Assembly: GCA_024572335.1 (NCBI GenBank)
Contig: GCA_024572335.1_3052.1
Strand: one strand, 5' to 3'
From: a phage
DNA length: 64,000 nt
The stretch's first letter is position 1; each line of letters starts with the position of its first letter. Made by a program: the position numbers and the translations under genes. Below are positions 48,275 through 64,000 of the stretch, one piece after another. The notes under the pieces were generated by a model. The model was not told the origin of the DNA. It searched no databases and saw nothing but the letters and a program-made list of their open reading frames with translations.

Positions 48275-48933
48275 TGAGTTTACTTAATAATAAAGCGGGA
48301 GTTATTTCCCGCTTAGCAGATTTTCTTGGTTTTAGAACTAAGAAAAATGATATTTCGGTTATGAATAATCAGCCAGTAGGTGCTGTAACAATTTCACAAA
48401 TAGCAAAAGGTTTTTATGACCCAAATGTAGAATCTGCTATCAATGATGTTAGAAATATGGCAGAGCAACAGGTTGGAGCTGTATTAGTTAATATAAGTGG
48501 CGTATCTCCTACTGGAGTGCAACAAACAGACTACTGGTCATTTGAAGGAACTGTCAATGATACTTCAGCCAAACCAGGTGACCCAGTTATTGTTAATATG
48601 TTTGGCATTCCTGTTAAAGCTACTAATGGAATGACTTCAATCGAATTTACCAGTGCCGTTAGAACAGCTCTGCAGGAAATGGTTGCAAAATTTATTGCAA
48701 TTGATTCATTTGAAGACCATCCTACCATAGGAAATAAAATACAAGTTAAGTATTTAGATAACCAAGAACATATCTTAGAACAATACTCTGATAAAGGAAT
48801 TACTTTCAAACAAGAAATAATTTCTCCTTCTAAACCCGGATACGGAACTTGGCAATTATTAGGTGCGCAAACTGTTACGCTAGATAGTCACACACAACCT
48901 ACGGTATTTTATTATTTTGAGAGAATAGCATGA
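48274..48933 (+). CDS. 11: baseplate wedge protein gp11 (short-tail-fibre attachment)
   Basis: 219 aa from [20 protein letters not shown]; ORF-track start at 48256 is a TTG upstream of the true ATG. Confidence 0.9.
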   Translation: MSLLNNKAGVISRLADFLGFRTKKNDISVMNNQPVGAVTISQIAKGFYDPNVESAINDVRNMAEQQVGAVLVNISGVSPTGVQQTDYWSFEGTVNDTSAKPGDPVIVNMFGIPVKATNGMTSIEFTSAVRTALQEMVAKFIAIDSFEDHPTIGNKIQVKYLDNQEHILEQYSDKGITFKQEIISPSKPGYGTWQLLGAQTVTLDSHTQPTVFYYFERIA

Positions 48934-50480
48934 GTAACAATACATATCAGCACGTATCAAATGAATCAAAATATGTTAAATTCGATCCTACTGGATCGAA
49001 TTTTCCTGACACTGTCACGACAGTGCAGTCTGCATTATCAAAAATAAGTAATATCGGCGTAAATGGTATTCCTGATGCAACTATGGAAGTTAAAGGAATA
49101 GCAATGATTGCGTCAGAGCAAGAGGTTTTAGATGGAACTAATAATTCTAAAATCGTTACACCAGCTACATTAGCAACAAGATTATTGTATCCAAATGCTA
49201 CTGAAACTAAGTATGGTTTAACGCGCTATTCAACAAATGAAGAAACATTAGAAGGCTCAGATAATAATTCATCAATAACGCCGCAAAAACTGAAATACCA
49301 TACTGATGATGTGTTCCAAAATAGATATTCGTCTGAGTCGTCAAACGGGGTTATTAAAATATCATCAACACCTGCAGCTTTGGCTGGAGTTGATGATACT
49401 ACGGCAATGACTCCATTAAAAACCCAAAAACTTGCAATAAAATTAATTTCACAAATAGCTCCTTCCGAAGATACTGCATCAGAATCTGTGAGAGGTGTAG
49501 TTCAATTATCTACTGTTGCGCAAACTCGTCAAGGAACTCTCCGCGAAGGATATGCAATTTCTCCGTATACCTTTATGAATTCTGTTGCAACACAAGAATA
49601 TAAGGGTGTTATACGTTTAGGAACACAATCGGAAATTAACAGTAATTTAGGAGATGTTGCAGTAACAGGTGAAACACTAAATGGTCGAGGAGCTACCGGT
49701 TCTATGCGTGGGGTAGTAAAATTAACGACGCAAGCCGGTATTGCCCCTGAAGGTGATAGCTCTGGAGCATTAGCATGGAACGCAGATGTAATTAATACTC
49801 GTGGTGGACAAACTATTAATGGTTCTTTAAATTTAGACCATCTTACAGCAAACGGAATTTGGTCGCGCGGCGGAATGTGGAAAAATGGCGATCAACCTGT
49901 TGCCACTGAAAGATATGCGTCCGAAAGAGTTCCAGTTGGAACTATTATGATGTTTGCGGGTGATTCAGCACCTCCGGGTTGGATTATGTGCCACGGTGGA
50001 ACAGTGTCAGGAGATCAATATCCTGATTATAGAAACACAGTTGGAACAAGATTTGGTGGTGATTGGAATAATCCAGGGATTCCTGATATGCGAGGTCTTT
50101 TCGTCAGAGGAGCTGGCACAGGAGGTCATATTTTAAATCAACGAGGACAAGATGGTTACGGGAAGGATAGACTTGGTGTAGGATGTGACGGAATGCATGT
50201 CGGCGGTGTTCAGGCACAACAAATATCATACCATAAACATGCTGGCGGTTGGGGAGAATACCAAAGACATGAAGCTCCATTTGGCGCGTCCGTTTATCAA
50301 GGATATCTTGGAACTAGAAAATATGCCGACTGGGATAATGCTTCATACTTCACTAATGATGGATTTGAATTAGGTGGACCGAGAGATGCCCTTGGTACAC
50401 TTAATCGTGAAGGATTAATTGGTTATGAAACTAGACCATGGAATATATCATTAAACTATATTATTAAAATTCATTACTAA
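48930..50480 (+). CDS. 12: short tail fibre protein gp12
   Basis: 516 aa; position between 11 and wac; about 11 aa shorter than my recollection of T4 gp12. Confidence 0.9.
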   Translation: MSNNTYQHVSNESKYVKFDPTGSNFPDTVTTVQSALSKISNIGVNGIPDATMEVKGIAMIASEQEVLDGTNNSKIVTPATLATRLLYPNATETKYGLTRYSTNEETLEGSDNNSSITPQKLKYHTDDVFQNRYSSESSNGVIKISSTPAALAGVDDTTAMTPLKTQKLAIKLISQIAPSEDTASESVRGVVQLSTVAQTRQGTLREGYAISPYTFMNSVATQEYKGVIRLGTQSEINSNLGDVAVTGETLNGRGATGSMRGVVKLTTQAGIAPEGDSSGALAWNADVINTRGGQTINGSLNLDHLTANGIWSRGGMWKNGDQPVATERYASERVPVGTIMMFAGDSAPPGWIMCHGGTVSGDQYPDYRNTVGTRFGGDWNNPGIPDMRGLFVRGAGTGGHILNQRGQDGYGKDRLGVGCDGMHVGGVQAQQISYHKHAGGWGEYQRHEAPFGASVYQGYLGTRKYADWDNASYFTNDGFELGGPRDALGTLNREGLIGYETRPWNISLNYIIKIHY

Positions 50481-50489
50481 GGATTACAA

Positions 50490-51947
50490 ATGATTGAATT
50501 AAAAGATTTACCTTTTGTTGATAGCGTTCCTGGCGAAGGTCAGGAACGTATTTCATGGATTAAAAATGGTGAAGAAATACTAGGAGCTAGTACTAAGTAT
50601 GGAAACGATGGATCAATGAATAGACCAACTGTGTCCGTATTTAAAAATGTTGAGGTTCTTGATGAAAATATAGGAATTCTTAAAACTGCCGTTGAAACAT
50701 CACAGGAAGATATTAAAACAATTCAAGGCATTTTGGATGTATCTGGAGATATCGAAGCACTATCACAGATTAGCGTTAATAAAAATGACATATCAAATTT
50801 AAAGACGCTTACGAATGAACACACTGATATATTAAATGGTACAAATACTACGGTTGATAATATTCTTTCTGATATTGGTCCATTTAATTCGCAAGCAAAT
50901 TCAGTTTATAGAACGATTAGAAATGATTTGTTATGGATTAAAAGGGAATTAGGACAATATGCTGGGCAAGATATTAATGGTCTTCCTGTTGTAGGAAATA
51001 GCAGCACGGGGATGAAGCACCGTATCATTAATAATACAGATGCTATAACTTCCCAAGGAATACGTCTAAGTGATTTGGAAGAAAAATTTATTGAATCTGA
51101 TGTAGGTTCACTGACAATTGAAGTCGGAAATCTTAGACAAGAACTTGGACAAAGACCATCTTCATTTAGTGAAAGCATATATTCACGTGTGCATAATTTA
51201 GATCAATCACAGATTAATCTTAGTTCCGAAATTAAATCTATCAAAACTTCTATTGGATATCCAGGAAATACTTCAATAATCACAGATGTCAATGTCAACA
51301 GTCAAGAAATTTCAGCTTTAAATGATGAACTAAATAAAAGTGGCGGCGTTAAACAGCGATTAACTGTTATTGAAACATCGATTGGTTCAGATGATATTCC
51401 TTCTAGTATTAAAGGTCAAATTAAAGATAATACCACTTCTATTGAATCTTTAAATGGAATTGTAGGTGAAAACACCTCGTCCGGTTTAAGAGCTAACGTT
51501 TCATGGTTAAATCAGATAGTTGGAACTGATTCTAGCGGAGGTCAACCTTCTCCTCCGGGGTCTCTTTTAAATAGAGTTTCAACAGTTGAAACCTCTGTTA
51601 ATAGACTTAACAATGATGTTCAAAACTTACAGGTTGAAATTGGTAATAACAATTCCGGAATTAAAGGACAAGTTGTAGCATTAAATAAATTAGTAAATGG
51701 AACAAATCCAAATGGCTCAACTGTCGAAGAACGCGGATTGACTAATTCAATAAAAGCTAATGAGACTAACATTGCTTCAATTAATCAAGAGATTCGTAGC
51801 ATTAAAAGCGATGTATCTTCATTACAAAGGGATGTTCAGACTTTACAGGAAGCAGGTTATATCCCTGAAGCTCCAAAAGATGGCCAAGCTTACGTTCGTA
51901 AAGACGGCGAATGGGTACTACTTTCTACCTTTTTATCACCAGCATAA
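50490..51947 (+). CDS. wac: fibritin (whisker antigen control)
   Basis: 485 aa, long segmented coiled coil with C-terminal foldon-like [27 protein letters not shown]. Confidence 0.93.
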   Translation: MIELKDLPFVDSVPGEGQERISWIKNGEEILGASTKYGNDGSMNRPTVSVFKNVEVLDENIGILKTAVETSQEDIKTIQGILDVSGDIEALSQISVNKNDISNLKTLTNEHTDILNGTNTTVDNILSDIGPFNSQANSVYRTIRNDLLWIKRELGQYAGQDINGLPVVGNSSTGMKHRIINNTDAITSQGIRLSDLEEKFIESDVGSLTIEVGNLRQELGQRPSSFSESIYSRVHNLDQSQINLSSEIKSIKTSIGYPGNTSIITDVNVNSQEISALNDELNKSGGVKQRLTVIETSIGSDDIPSSIKGQIKDNTTSIESLNGIVGENTSSGLRANVSWLNQIVGTDSSGGQPSPPGSLLNRVSTVETSVNRLNNDVQNLQVEIGNNNSGIKGQVVALNKLVNGTNPNGSTVEERGLTNSIKANETNIASINQEIRSIKSDVSSLQRDVQTLQEAGYIPEAPKDGQAYVRKDGEWVLLSTFLSPA

Positions 51948-51978
51948 CATGGGGCCGCAAGGCCCTAAAGGATTTTAA

Positions 51979-53680
<1,702 letters not shown>

Positions 53681-53721
53681 TAAATATTATAAACTAATTA
53701 AAGCCCAGATTAGGAGAAATC

Positions 53722-56859
<3,138 letters not shown>

Positions 56860-56864
56860 ATATA

Positions 56865-56872
56865 TTAAAGCA
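56865..56872 (+). promoter_or_regulatory. late promoter for gene 18
   Basis: TATAAATA. Confidence 0.6.
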
Positions 56873-56890
56873 TATTAAAGAGGATTAAAA

Positions 56891-58870
56891 ATGACTTTAT
56901 TATCTCCGGGCATTGAGCTCAAAGAAACTACGGTTCAAAGCACCGTGGTTAATAACTCTACTGGTACAGCAGCTTTGGCCGGTAAATTCCAGTGGGGTCC
57001 TGCTTTTCAGATCAAACAGGTTACAAATGAAGTAGATTTAGTTAATACTTTTGGTCAACCTACAGCTGAAACTGCTGACTATTTTATGTCTGCAATGAAT
57101 TTCTTACAATATGGAAATGATTTGCGAGTTGTGCGCGCTGTCGATAGAGATACCGCTAAAAACTCATCTCCGATTGCTGGTAATATTGAATACACAATTT
57201 CTACCCCAGGTAGTAACTACGCGGTTGGAGATAAAATCACGGTCAAATATGTTTCAGAAGATGTTGAAACAGAAGGTAAAATTACCGAAGTAGATGCTGA
57301 TGGAAAAATTAAGAAAATTAATATTCCTACTGCAAAAATTATTGCTAAAGCTAAAGAAGTTGGCGAATACCCAACATTAGGTTCTAACTGGACTGCAGAA
57401 ATTTCTTCATCTTCTTCCGGTTTAGCTGCAGTAATAACTCTTGGAAAAATTATTACTGATTCTGGTATTTTATTAGCTGAAATTGAAAATGCTGAAGCTG
57501 CTATGACAGAGGTTGACTTTCAAGCAAATCTCGAAAAATACGGAATTCCAGGAGTAGTAGCTCTTTATCCAGGCGAATTAGGCGATAAAATTGAAATTGA
57601 AATCGTATCTAAAGCTGACTACGCAAAAGGGGCTTCTGCATTACTGCCAATTTATCCAGGCGGTGGTACTCGTGCATCTACTGCTAAAGCTGTGTTTGGA
57701 TATGGACCACAAACTGATTCACAGTACGCTATTATAGTTCGTCGCAATGATGCTATTGTTCAAAGTGTTGTTCTTTCAACTAAGCGTGGTGAAAAAGATA
57801 TTTACGATAGTAACATCTATATCGATGACTTTTTCGCAAAAGGTGGTTCAGAATATATTTTTGCAACTGCACAAAACTGGCCAGAAGGCTTCTCTGGAAT
57901 TTTAACTCTGTCTGGTGGATTATCATCAAATGCTGAAGTAACAGCAGGAGATTTAATGGAAGCCTGGGACTTCTTTGCTGACCGTGAATCTGTTGACGTT
58001 CAGTTGTTTATTGCGGGTTCTTGTGCCGGTGAATCTTTAGAAACAGCATCTACTGTCCAAAAACACGTCGTTTCAATTGGGGATGCTCGCCAGGATTGCT
58101 TAGTATTGTGCTCACCACCGCGCGAAACTGTAGTTGGAATTCCTGTAACTCGCGCTGTTGATAACTTAGTCAATTGGAGAACCGCAACAGGTTCATACAC
58201 TGATAATAACTTTAATATCAGTTCAACCTATGCAGCAATTGATGGTAACTACAAATATCAGTATGACAAATATAATGATGTCAATCGCTGGGTTCCATTA
58301 GCAGCTGATATTGCCGGTTTATGTGCAAGAACCGATAACGTTTCTCAGACTTGGATGTCTCCAGCTGGTTATAATCGCGGCCAGATTCTTAACGTTATTA
58401 AACTTGCTATTGAAACTCGCCAGGCTCAGCGCGACCGTTTATACCAAGAAGCTATCAACCCGGTAACTGGTACAGGTGGTGATGGTTACGTATTGTATGG
58501 TGATAAAACAGCTACTTCTGTTCCTTCTCCATTTGATCGTATTAACGTTCGTCGTCTGTTTAATATGTTGAAAACGAATATCGGACGTAGTTCAAAATAT
58601 CGTTTGTTCGAATTAAACAACGCGTTTACTCGTTCTTCATTCCGTACAGAAACTGCTCAGTACTTGCAAGGAATTAAAGCTCTTGGCGGAATTTATGAAT
58701 ATCGTGTAGTTTGCGATACAACAAATAACACTCCGTCAGTAATTGATAGAAATGAGTTTGTTGCAACATTCTACATCCAACCGGCGCGCAGTATAAATTA
58801 TATCCAGCTTAACTTCGTTGCGACTGCTACTGGTGCAGATTTCGATGAGTTAACTGGTCTTGCTGGTTAA
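56891..58870 (+). CDS. 18: tail sheath protein gp18
   Basis: 659 aa; late promoter 56865-56872. Confidence 0.93.
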   Translation: MTLLSPGIELKETTVQSTVVNNSTGTAALAGKFQWGPAFQIKQVTNEVDLVNTFGQPTAETADYFMSAMNFLQYGNDLRVVRAVDRDTAKNSSPIAGNIEYTISTPGSNYAVGDKITVKYVSEDVETEGKITEVDADGKIKKINIPTAKIIAKAKEVGEYPTLGSNWTAEISSSSSGLAAVITLGKIITDSGILLAEIENAEAAMTEVDFQANLEKYGIPGVVALYPGELGDKIEIEIVSKADYAKGASALLPIYPGGGTRASTAKAVFGYGPQTDSQYAIIVRRNDAIVQSVVLSTKRGEKDIYDSNIYIDDFFAKGGSEYIFATAQNWPEGFSGILTLSGGLSSNAEVTAGDLMEAWDFFADRESVDVQLFIAGSCAGESLETASTVQKHVVSIGDARQDCLVLCSPPRETVVGIPVTRAVDNLVNWRTATGSYTDNNFNISSTYAAIDGNYKYQYDKYNDVNRWVPLAADIAGLCARTDNVSQTWMSPAGYNRGQILNVIKLAIETRQAQRDRLYQEAINPVTGTGGDGYVLYGDKTATSVPSPFDRINVRRLFNMLKTNIGRSSKYRLFELNNAFTRSSFRTETAQYLQGIKALGGIYEYRVVCDTTNNTPSVIDRNEFVATFYIQPARSINYIQLNFVATATGADFDELTGLAG

Positions 58871-58886
58871 TACGGTGCATTCTAAA

Positions 58887-58904
58887 GGCCTGTTTCGACA
58901 GGCC
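58887..58904 (+). other. stable UUCG-tetraloop hairpin after gene 18 (RNA 3'-end stabiliser or partial terminator)
   Basis: GGCCUGU-UUCG-ACAGGCC, no U tract; directly followed by a late promoter. Confidence 0.4.
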
Positions 58905-58905
58905 A

Positions 58906-58913
58906 TATAAATA
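58906..58913 (+). promoter_or_regulatory. late promoter for gene 19 (distal)
   Basis: TATAAATA. Confidence 0.55.
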
Positions 58914-58964
58914 CACTATATCCTTAATTCTTTAATTCTATATGCCCTAGGTTAAACATAGGGA

Positions 58965-58972
58965 TATAAATA
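58965..58972 (+). promoter_or_regulatory. late promoter for gene 19 (proximal)
   Basis: TATAAATA. Confidence 0.6.
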
Positions 58973-58986
58973 CTACAGAGGCTAAT

Positions 58987-59478
58987 ATGTTTGTAGATGA
59001 TGTAACACGAGCGTTTGAATCTGGTGATTTTGCTCGACCTAACTTATTCCAAGTAGAAATTTCTTATCTTGGACAAAATTTTACGTTCCAATGTAAAGCC
59101 ACTGCTTTACCAGCTGGTATTGTAGAAAAAATTCCAGTCGGATTTATGAACCGTAAAATTAATGTAGCAGGAGACCGTACATTCGATGATTGGACTGTTA
59201 CAGTGATGAATGATGAAGCTCATGATGCTCGTCAGAAGTTTGTTGATTGGCAAAGCATTGCTGCTGGTCAAGGAAACGAAATTACTGGTGGAAAACCTGC
59301 AGAGTATAAAAAGAGCGCTATTGTTCGCCAATATGCTCGTGATGCTAAAACAGTAACAAAAGAAATTGAAATTAAAGGTCTATGGCCTACTAACGTGGGT
59401 GAACTTCAATTAGATTGGGATTCAAACAATGAAATCCAAACATTTGAAGTAACTCTTGCTCTCGATTATTGGGAATAA
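58987..59478 (+). CDS. 19: tail tube protein gp19
   Basis: 163 aa; two TATAAATA boxes upstream (58906-58913, 58965-58972). Confidence 0.93.
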   Translation: MFVDDVTRAFESGDFARPNLFQVEISYLGQNFTFQCKATALPAGIVEKIPVGFMNRKINVAGDRTFDDWTVTVMNDEAHDARQKFVDWQSIAAGQGNEITGGKPAEYKKSAIVRQYARDAKTVTKEIEIKGLWPTNVGELQLDWDSNNEIQTFEVTLALDYWE

Positions 59479-59483
59479 AATGA

Positions 59484-61135
<1,652 letters not shown>

Positions 61136-61136
<1 letters not shown>

Positions 61137-61372
61137 TGGAAGGTTTAATTGAAGCTATTAAATCAAACGACCTCGTAGCCGCTCGTAAATTATTTGCTGA
61201 AGCCATGGCTGCAAGAACGACTGATTTAATCAAAGAAGAAAAAATCACTATCGCTCGTAATTTCTTAATCGAGGGTGAAGAACCTGATGACGAGGATGAC
61301 GACGAAGATAGCGATGATGATAAAGACGACAAAAAAGACAAAGACTCTGACGATGACGAGGATGATGAATAA
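61136..61372 (+). CDS. 67: prohead core protein gp67
   Basis: 78 aa with poly-acidic tail [31 protein letters not shown]. Confidence 0.85.
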
Positions 61373-61797
61373 TGATTCTAATCCCTGAAACTCATGAATT
61401 AGTTCTCGAGAATGTCGAAGCACTTATTCCTGAAGCACAGGGTCGCTTTGACGAGTTGTCTTCTGCTTTAAATAAAGACGATATAAATAAAATTATCGAG
61501 AATATGCTTGATGATGAAACTGATTTAGCGGTTGCATTAGCTTCTATTAATGAAAATATGCCGTTAAATGAATTTATCGTTAAACATGTTTCTGCCCGTG
61601 GTGAAATTACTCGCACTAAAGATCGCAAAACCCGCGAACGTAATGCATTTCAAACTACCGGGTTGTCTAAAGCAAAACGTAGACAAATTGCTCGTAAAGC
61701 TACCAAAACGAAGATTGCCAATCCAGCAGGTCAATCTCGTGCTCAGCGTAAGCGTAAAAAAGCTCTTAAACGCCGTAAAGCATTAGGATTAAGCTAA
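61372..61797 (+). CDS. 68: prohead core protein gp68
   Basis: 141 aa, basic C-terminus; ATGA overlaps with 67 and 21. Confidence 0.85.
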   Translation: MILIPETHELVLENVEALIPEAQGRFDELSSALNKDDINKIIENMLDDETDLAVALASINENMPLNEFIVKHVSARGEITRTKDRKTRERNAFQTTGLSKAKRRQIARKATKTKIANPAGQSRAQRKRKKALKRRKALGLS

Positions 61798-62435
61798 TGA
61801 ATGAACCCCAATTGCTAATTGAAACTTGGGGTCAACCTGGCGAAATTATTGATGGTGTGCCAATGCTTGAATCCCATGATGGGAAAGACTTAGGTTTAAA
61901 ACCTGGTTTATACATCGAAGGAATATTCATGCAAGCAGAAGTCGTCAATAGAAATAAACGTCTTTATCCAAAACGTATATTAGAAAAAGCGGTAAAAGAC
62001 TATATTAATGAGCAAGTTTTAACTAAACAAGCTCTCGGAGAATTAAATCATCCTCCACGCGCTAATGTTGACCCGATGCAAGCCGCTATCATTATAGAAG
62101 ATATGTGGTGGAAAGGAAATGACGTATACGGACGAGCTCGTGTTATTGAAGGTGACCATGGTCCTGGAGATAAATTAGCAGCTAATATTCGTGCCGGATG
62201 GATTCCAGGAGTTTCTTCTCGTGGATTAGGTTCATTGACTGACACAAATAAAGGTTATCGTATCGTAAACGAAGGATTCAAATTAACTGTAGGTGTTGAT
62301 GCAGTATGGGGTCCAAGTGCTCCAGATGCATGGGTAACTCCTAAGGAAATTACCGAATCACAGACGGCGGAAGCCGATACAAGTGCCGATGACGCCTATA
62401 TGGCTCTCGCAGAGGCCATGAAAAAAGCGTTATAA
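61797..62435 (+). CDS. 21: prohead core protease gp21
   Basis: 212 aa; position between 68 and 22. Confidence 0.9.
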   Translation: MNEPQLLIETWGQPGEIIDGVPMLESHDGKDLGLKPGLYIEGIFMQAEVVNRNKRLYPKRILEKAVKDYINEQVLTKQALGELNHPPRANVDPMQAAIIIEDMWWKGNDVYGRARVIEGDHGPGDKLAANIRAGWIPGVSSRGLGSLTDTNKGYRIVNEGFKLTVGVDAVWGPSAPDAWVTPKEITESQTAEADTSADDAYMALAEAMKKAL

Positions 62436-62438
62436 ATA
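62431..62438 (+). promoter_or_regulatory. late promoter for gene 22
   Basis: TATAAATA. Confidence 0.6.
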
Positions 62439-62465
62439 TTATTATCTAAACAACAGGACTACAAA

Positions 62466-63275
62466 ATGCTTAAAGAACAACTGATTGCCGAAGCGCAGAA
62501 AATTGATGCTTCCGTTGCTCTTGATAGTATTTTCGAATCAGTTAATATTTCTCCGGAAGCAAAAGAAACTTTCGGCACTGTATTCGAAGCTACCGTCAAG
62601 CAGCACGCCGTTAAATTAGCTGAATCTCATATCGCTAAAATTGCTGAAAAAGCAGAAGAAGAAGTAGAAAAAAATAAAGAAGAAGCCGAAGAAAAAGCTG
62701 AGAAGAAAATCGCTGAGCAAGCTTCTAAATTCATTGACCATCTTGCAAAAGAATGGCTCGCTGAAAATAAATTAGCAGTTGATAAAGGCATCAAAGCCGA
62801 ACTGTTTGAATCCATGCTTGGTGGATTAAAAGAGCTCTTTGTTGAACACAACGTTGTTGTTCCAGAAGAATCAGTTGATATTGTAGCTGAAATGGAAGAA
62901 GAGCTGCAAGAACATAAAGAAGAATCAGCTCGTCTGTTCGAAGAACTCAATAAGCGTGACGCATATATCAATTATGTGCAGCGTGAAGTGGCATTGAGCG
63001 AAAGTACTAAAGATCTGACTGAGTCTCAAAAAGAAAAAGTCTCTGCTCTGGTCGAAGGTATGGATTATTCAGATGCATTCTCAAGTAAATTGAGTGCAAT
63101 CGTAGAAATGGTGAAGAAATCTAATAAAGATGAAAGCACTATTACTGAGAGTATAAATACTCCTGATACTGAAGCAGCCGGACTGAATTTCGTCACTGAA
63201 GCTGTAGAAGATAAAGCTGCACAGGGTGCAGAAGATATTGTAAGTGTATATGCGAAAGTCGCATCTCGTTTCTAA
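62466..63275 (+). CDS. 22: prohead core scaffold protein gp22
   Basis: 269 aa, acidic helical; late promoter 62431-62438. Confidence 0.9.
   Translation: MLKEQLIAEAQKIDASVALDSIFESVNISPEAKETFGTVFEATVKQHAVKLAESHIAKIAEKAEEEVEKNKEEAEEKAEKKIAEQASKFIDHLAKEWLAENKLAVDKGIKAELFESMLGGLKELFVEHNVVVPEESVDIVAEMEEELQEHKEESARLFEELNKRDAYINYVQREVALSESTKDLTESQKEKVSALVEGMDYSDAFSSKLSAIVEMVKKSNKDESTITESINTPDTEAAGLNFVTEAVEDKAAQGAEDIVSVYAKVASRF
63152..63159 (+). promoter_or_regulatory. late promoter for gene 23 inside gene 22
   Basis: TATAAATA about 140 bp upstream of ATG 63294. Confidence 0.55.
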
Positions 63276-63293
63276 TTTTAAAGGTTAACACAA

Positions 63294-64000
63294 ATGACTA
63301 TCAAAACTAAAGCTGAACTTTTGAACAAATGGAAGCCATTACTGGAAGGTGAAGGTTTACCGGAAATTGCTAATAGCAAACAAGCGATTATCGCTAAAAT
63401 CTTTGAAAACCAGGAAAAAGATTTCCAGACAGCTCCGGAATATAAAGACGAAAAAATTGCTCAGGCATTCGGTTCTTTCTTAACAGAAGCTGAAATTGGT
63501 GGTGACCACGGTTACAATGCTACTAACATCGCTGCAGGTCAGACTTCTGGCGCAGTAACTCAGATTGGCCCAGCTGTTATGGGTATGGTACGTCGTGCTA
63601 TTCCTAACCTGATTGCTTTCGATATTTGTGGTGTTCAGCCAATGAACAGCCCGACTGGCCAGGTATTCGCGCTGCGCGCGGTATATGGTAAAGATCCGAT
63701 CGCTTCCGATGCTAAAGAAGCATTCCACCCAATGTATGGTCCAGACGCAATGTTCTCTGGTCAGGGTGCTGCTAAGAAATTCCCAGCTCTGGCTGCTAGC
63801 ACACAAACCACAGTAGGTGATATCTATACTCACTTCTTCCAGGAAACTGGTACTGTATATCTGCAAGCTTCTGTTCAAGTAACAATCGATGCTGGCGCGA
63901 CTGACGCAGCTAAATTAGATGCTGAAATTAAGAAACAAATGGAAGCTGGTGTACTGGTAGAAATCGCTGAAGGTATGGCTACTTCTATCGCTGAACTTCA
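63294..64000 (+). CDS. 23: major capsid protein gp23 (N-terminal part, runs off window)
   Basis: ATG 63294 after AAGG SD; MTIKTKAELLNKWKPLLEGEGLPEIANSKQAIIAKIFENQ... matches T4 gp23 N-terminus; TATAAATA at 63152-63159 inside gene 22. Confidence 0.93.
   Translation, partial: MTIKTKAELLNKWKPLLEGEGLPEIANSKQAIIAKIFENQEKDFQTAPEYKDEKIAQAFGSFLTEAEIGGDHGYNATNIAAGQTSGAVTQIGPAVMGMVRRAIPNLIAFDICGVQPMNSPTGQVFALRAVYGKDPIASDAKEAFHPMYGPDAMFSGQGAAKKFPALAASTQTTVGDIYTHFFQETGTVYLQASVQVTIDAGATDAAKLDAEIKKQMEAGVLVEIAEGMATSIAEL

Overview
This window is a T4-like (Tevenvirinae) myovirus genome segment, close to but not identical to T4 (the lysozyme differs from my recollection of T4 e at about three residues). Coordinates 1-36284 are an early/middle-gene region on the minus strand, running from gene 55 through nrdG-nrdD-49-pin-nrdC, an 11-ORF nrdC.x-like block, rI, tk, regB, e, nudE, a 10-tRNA cluster, 57B/57A and genes 1-3-2-4. 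Coordinates 36332-64000 are the late morphogenesis block on the plus strand: baseplate 53, 5, 5.4, 6-11, short tail fibre 12, fibritin wac, neck 13/14/15, terminase 16/17, sheath 18, tube 19, portal 20, prohead core 67/68, protease 21, scaffold 22 and the start of capsid gene 23. The early region is built from repeated modules of a sigma70-type promoter (GTTTAC, 18 bp, TAnnAT-like), one to three genes and a hairpin terminator; late genes are preceded by TATAAATA boxes. The most interesting content is in the hyperplastic early loci: three proteins carrying the internal-protein capsid-targeting leader, one of them in a moron-like cassette bracketed by a duplicated terminator; a stand-alone terminase-ATPase-like P-loop protein; a macro-domain protein; a GrcA-like glycyl-radical cofactor; an AAA+ ATPase next to a Pol-beta-type nucleotidyltransferase; a run of five coiled-coil-tailed proteins; and tRNA-Tyr and tRNA-Asn beyond the eight tRNAs I recall for T4. 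All functional calls rest on motifs read by eye and on remembered T4 gene order and sizes; no database search was possible.
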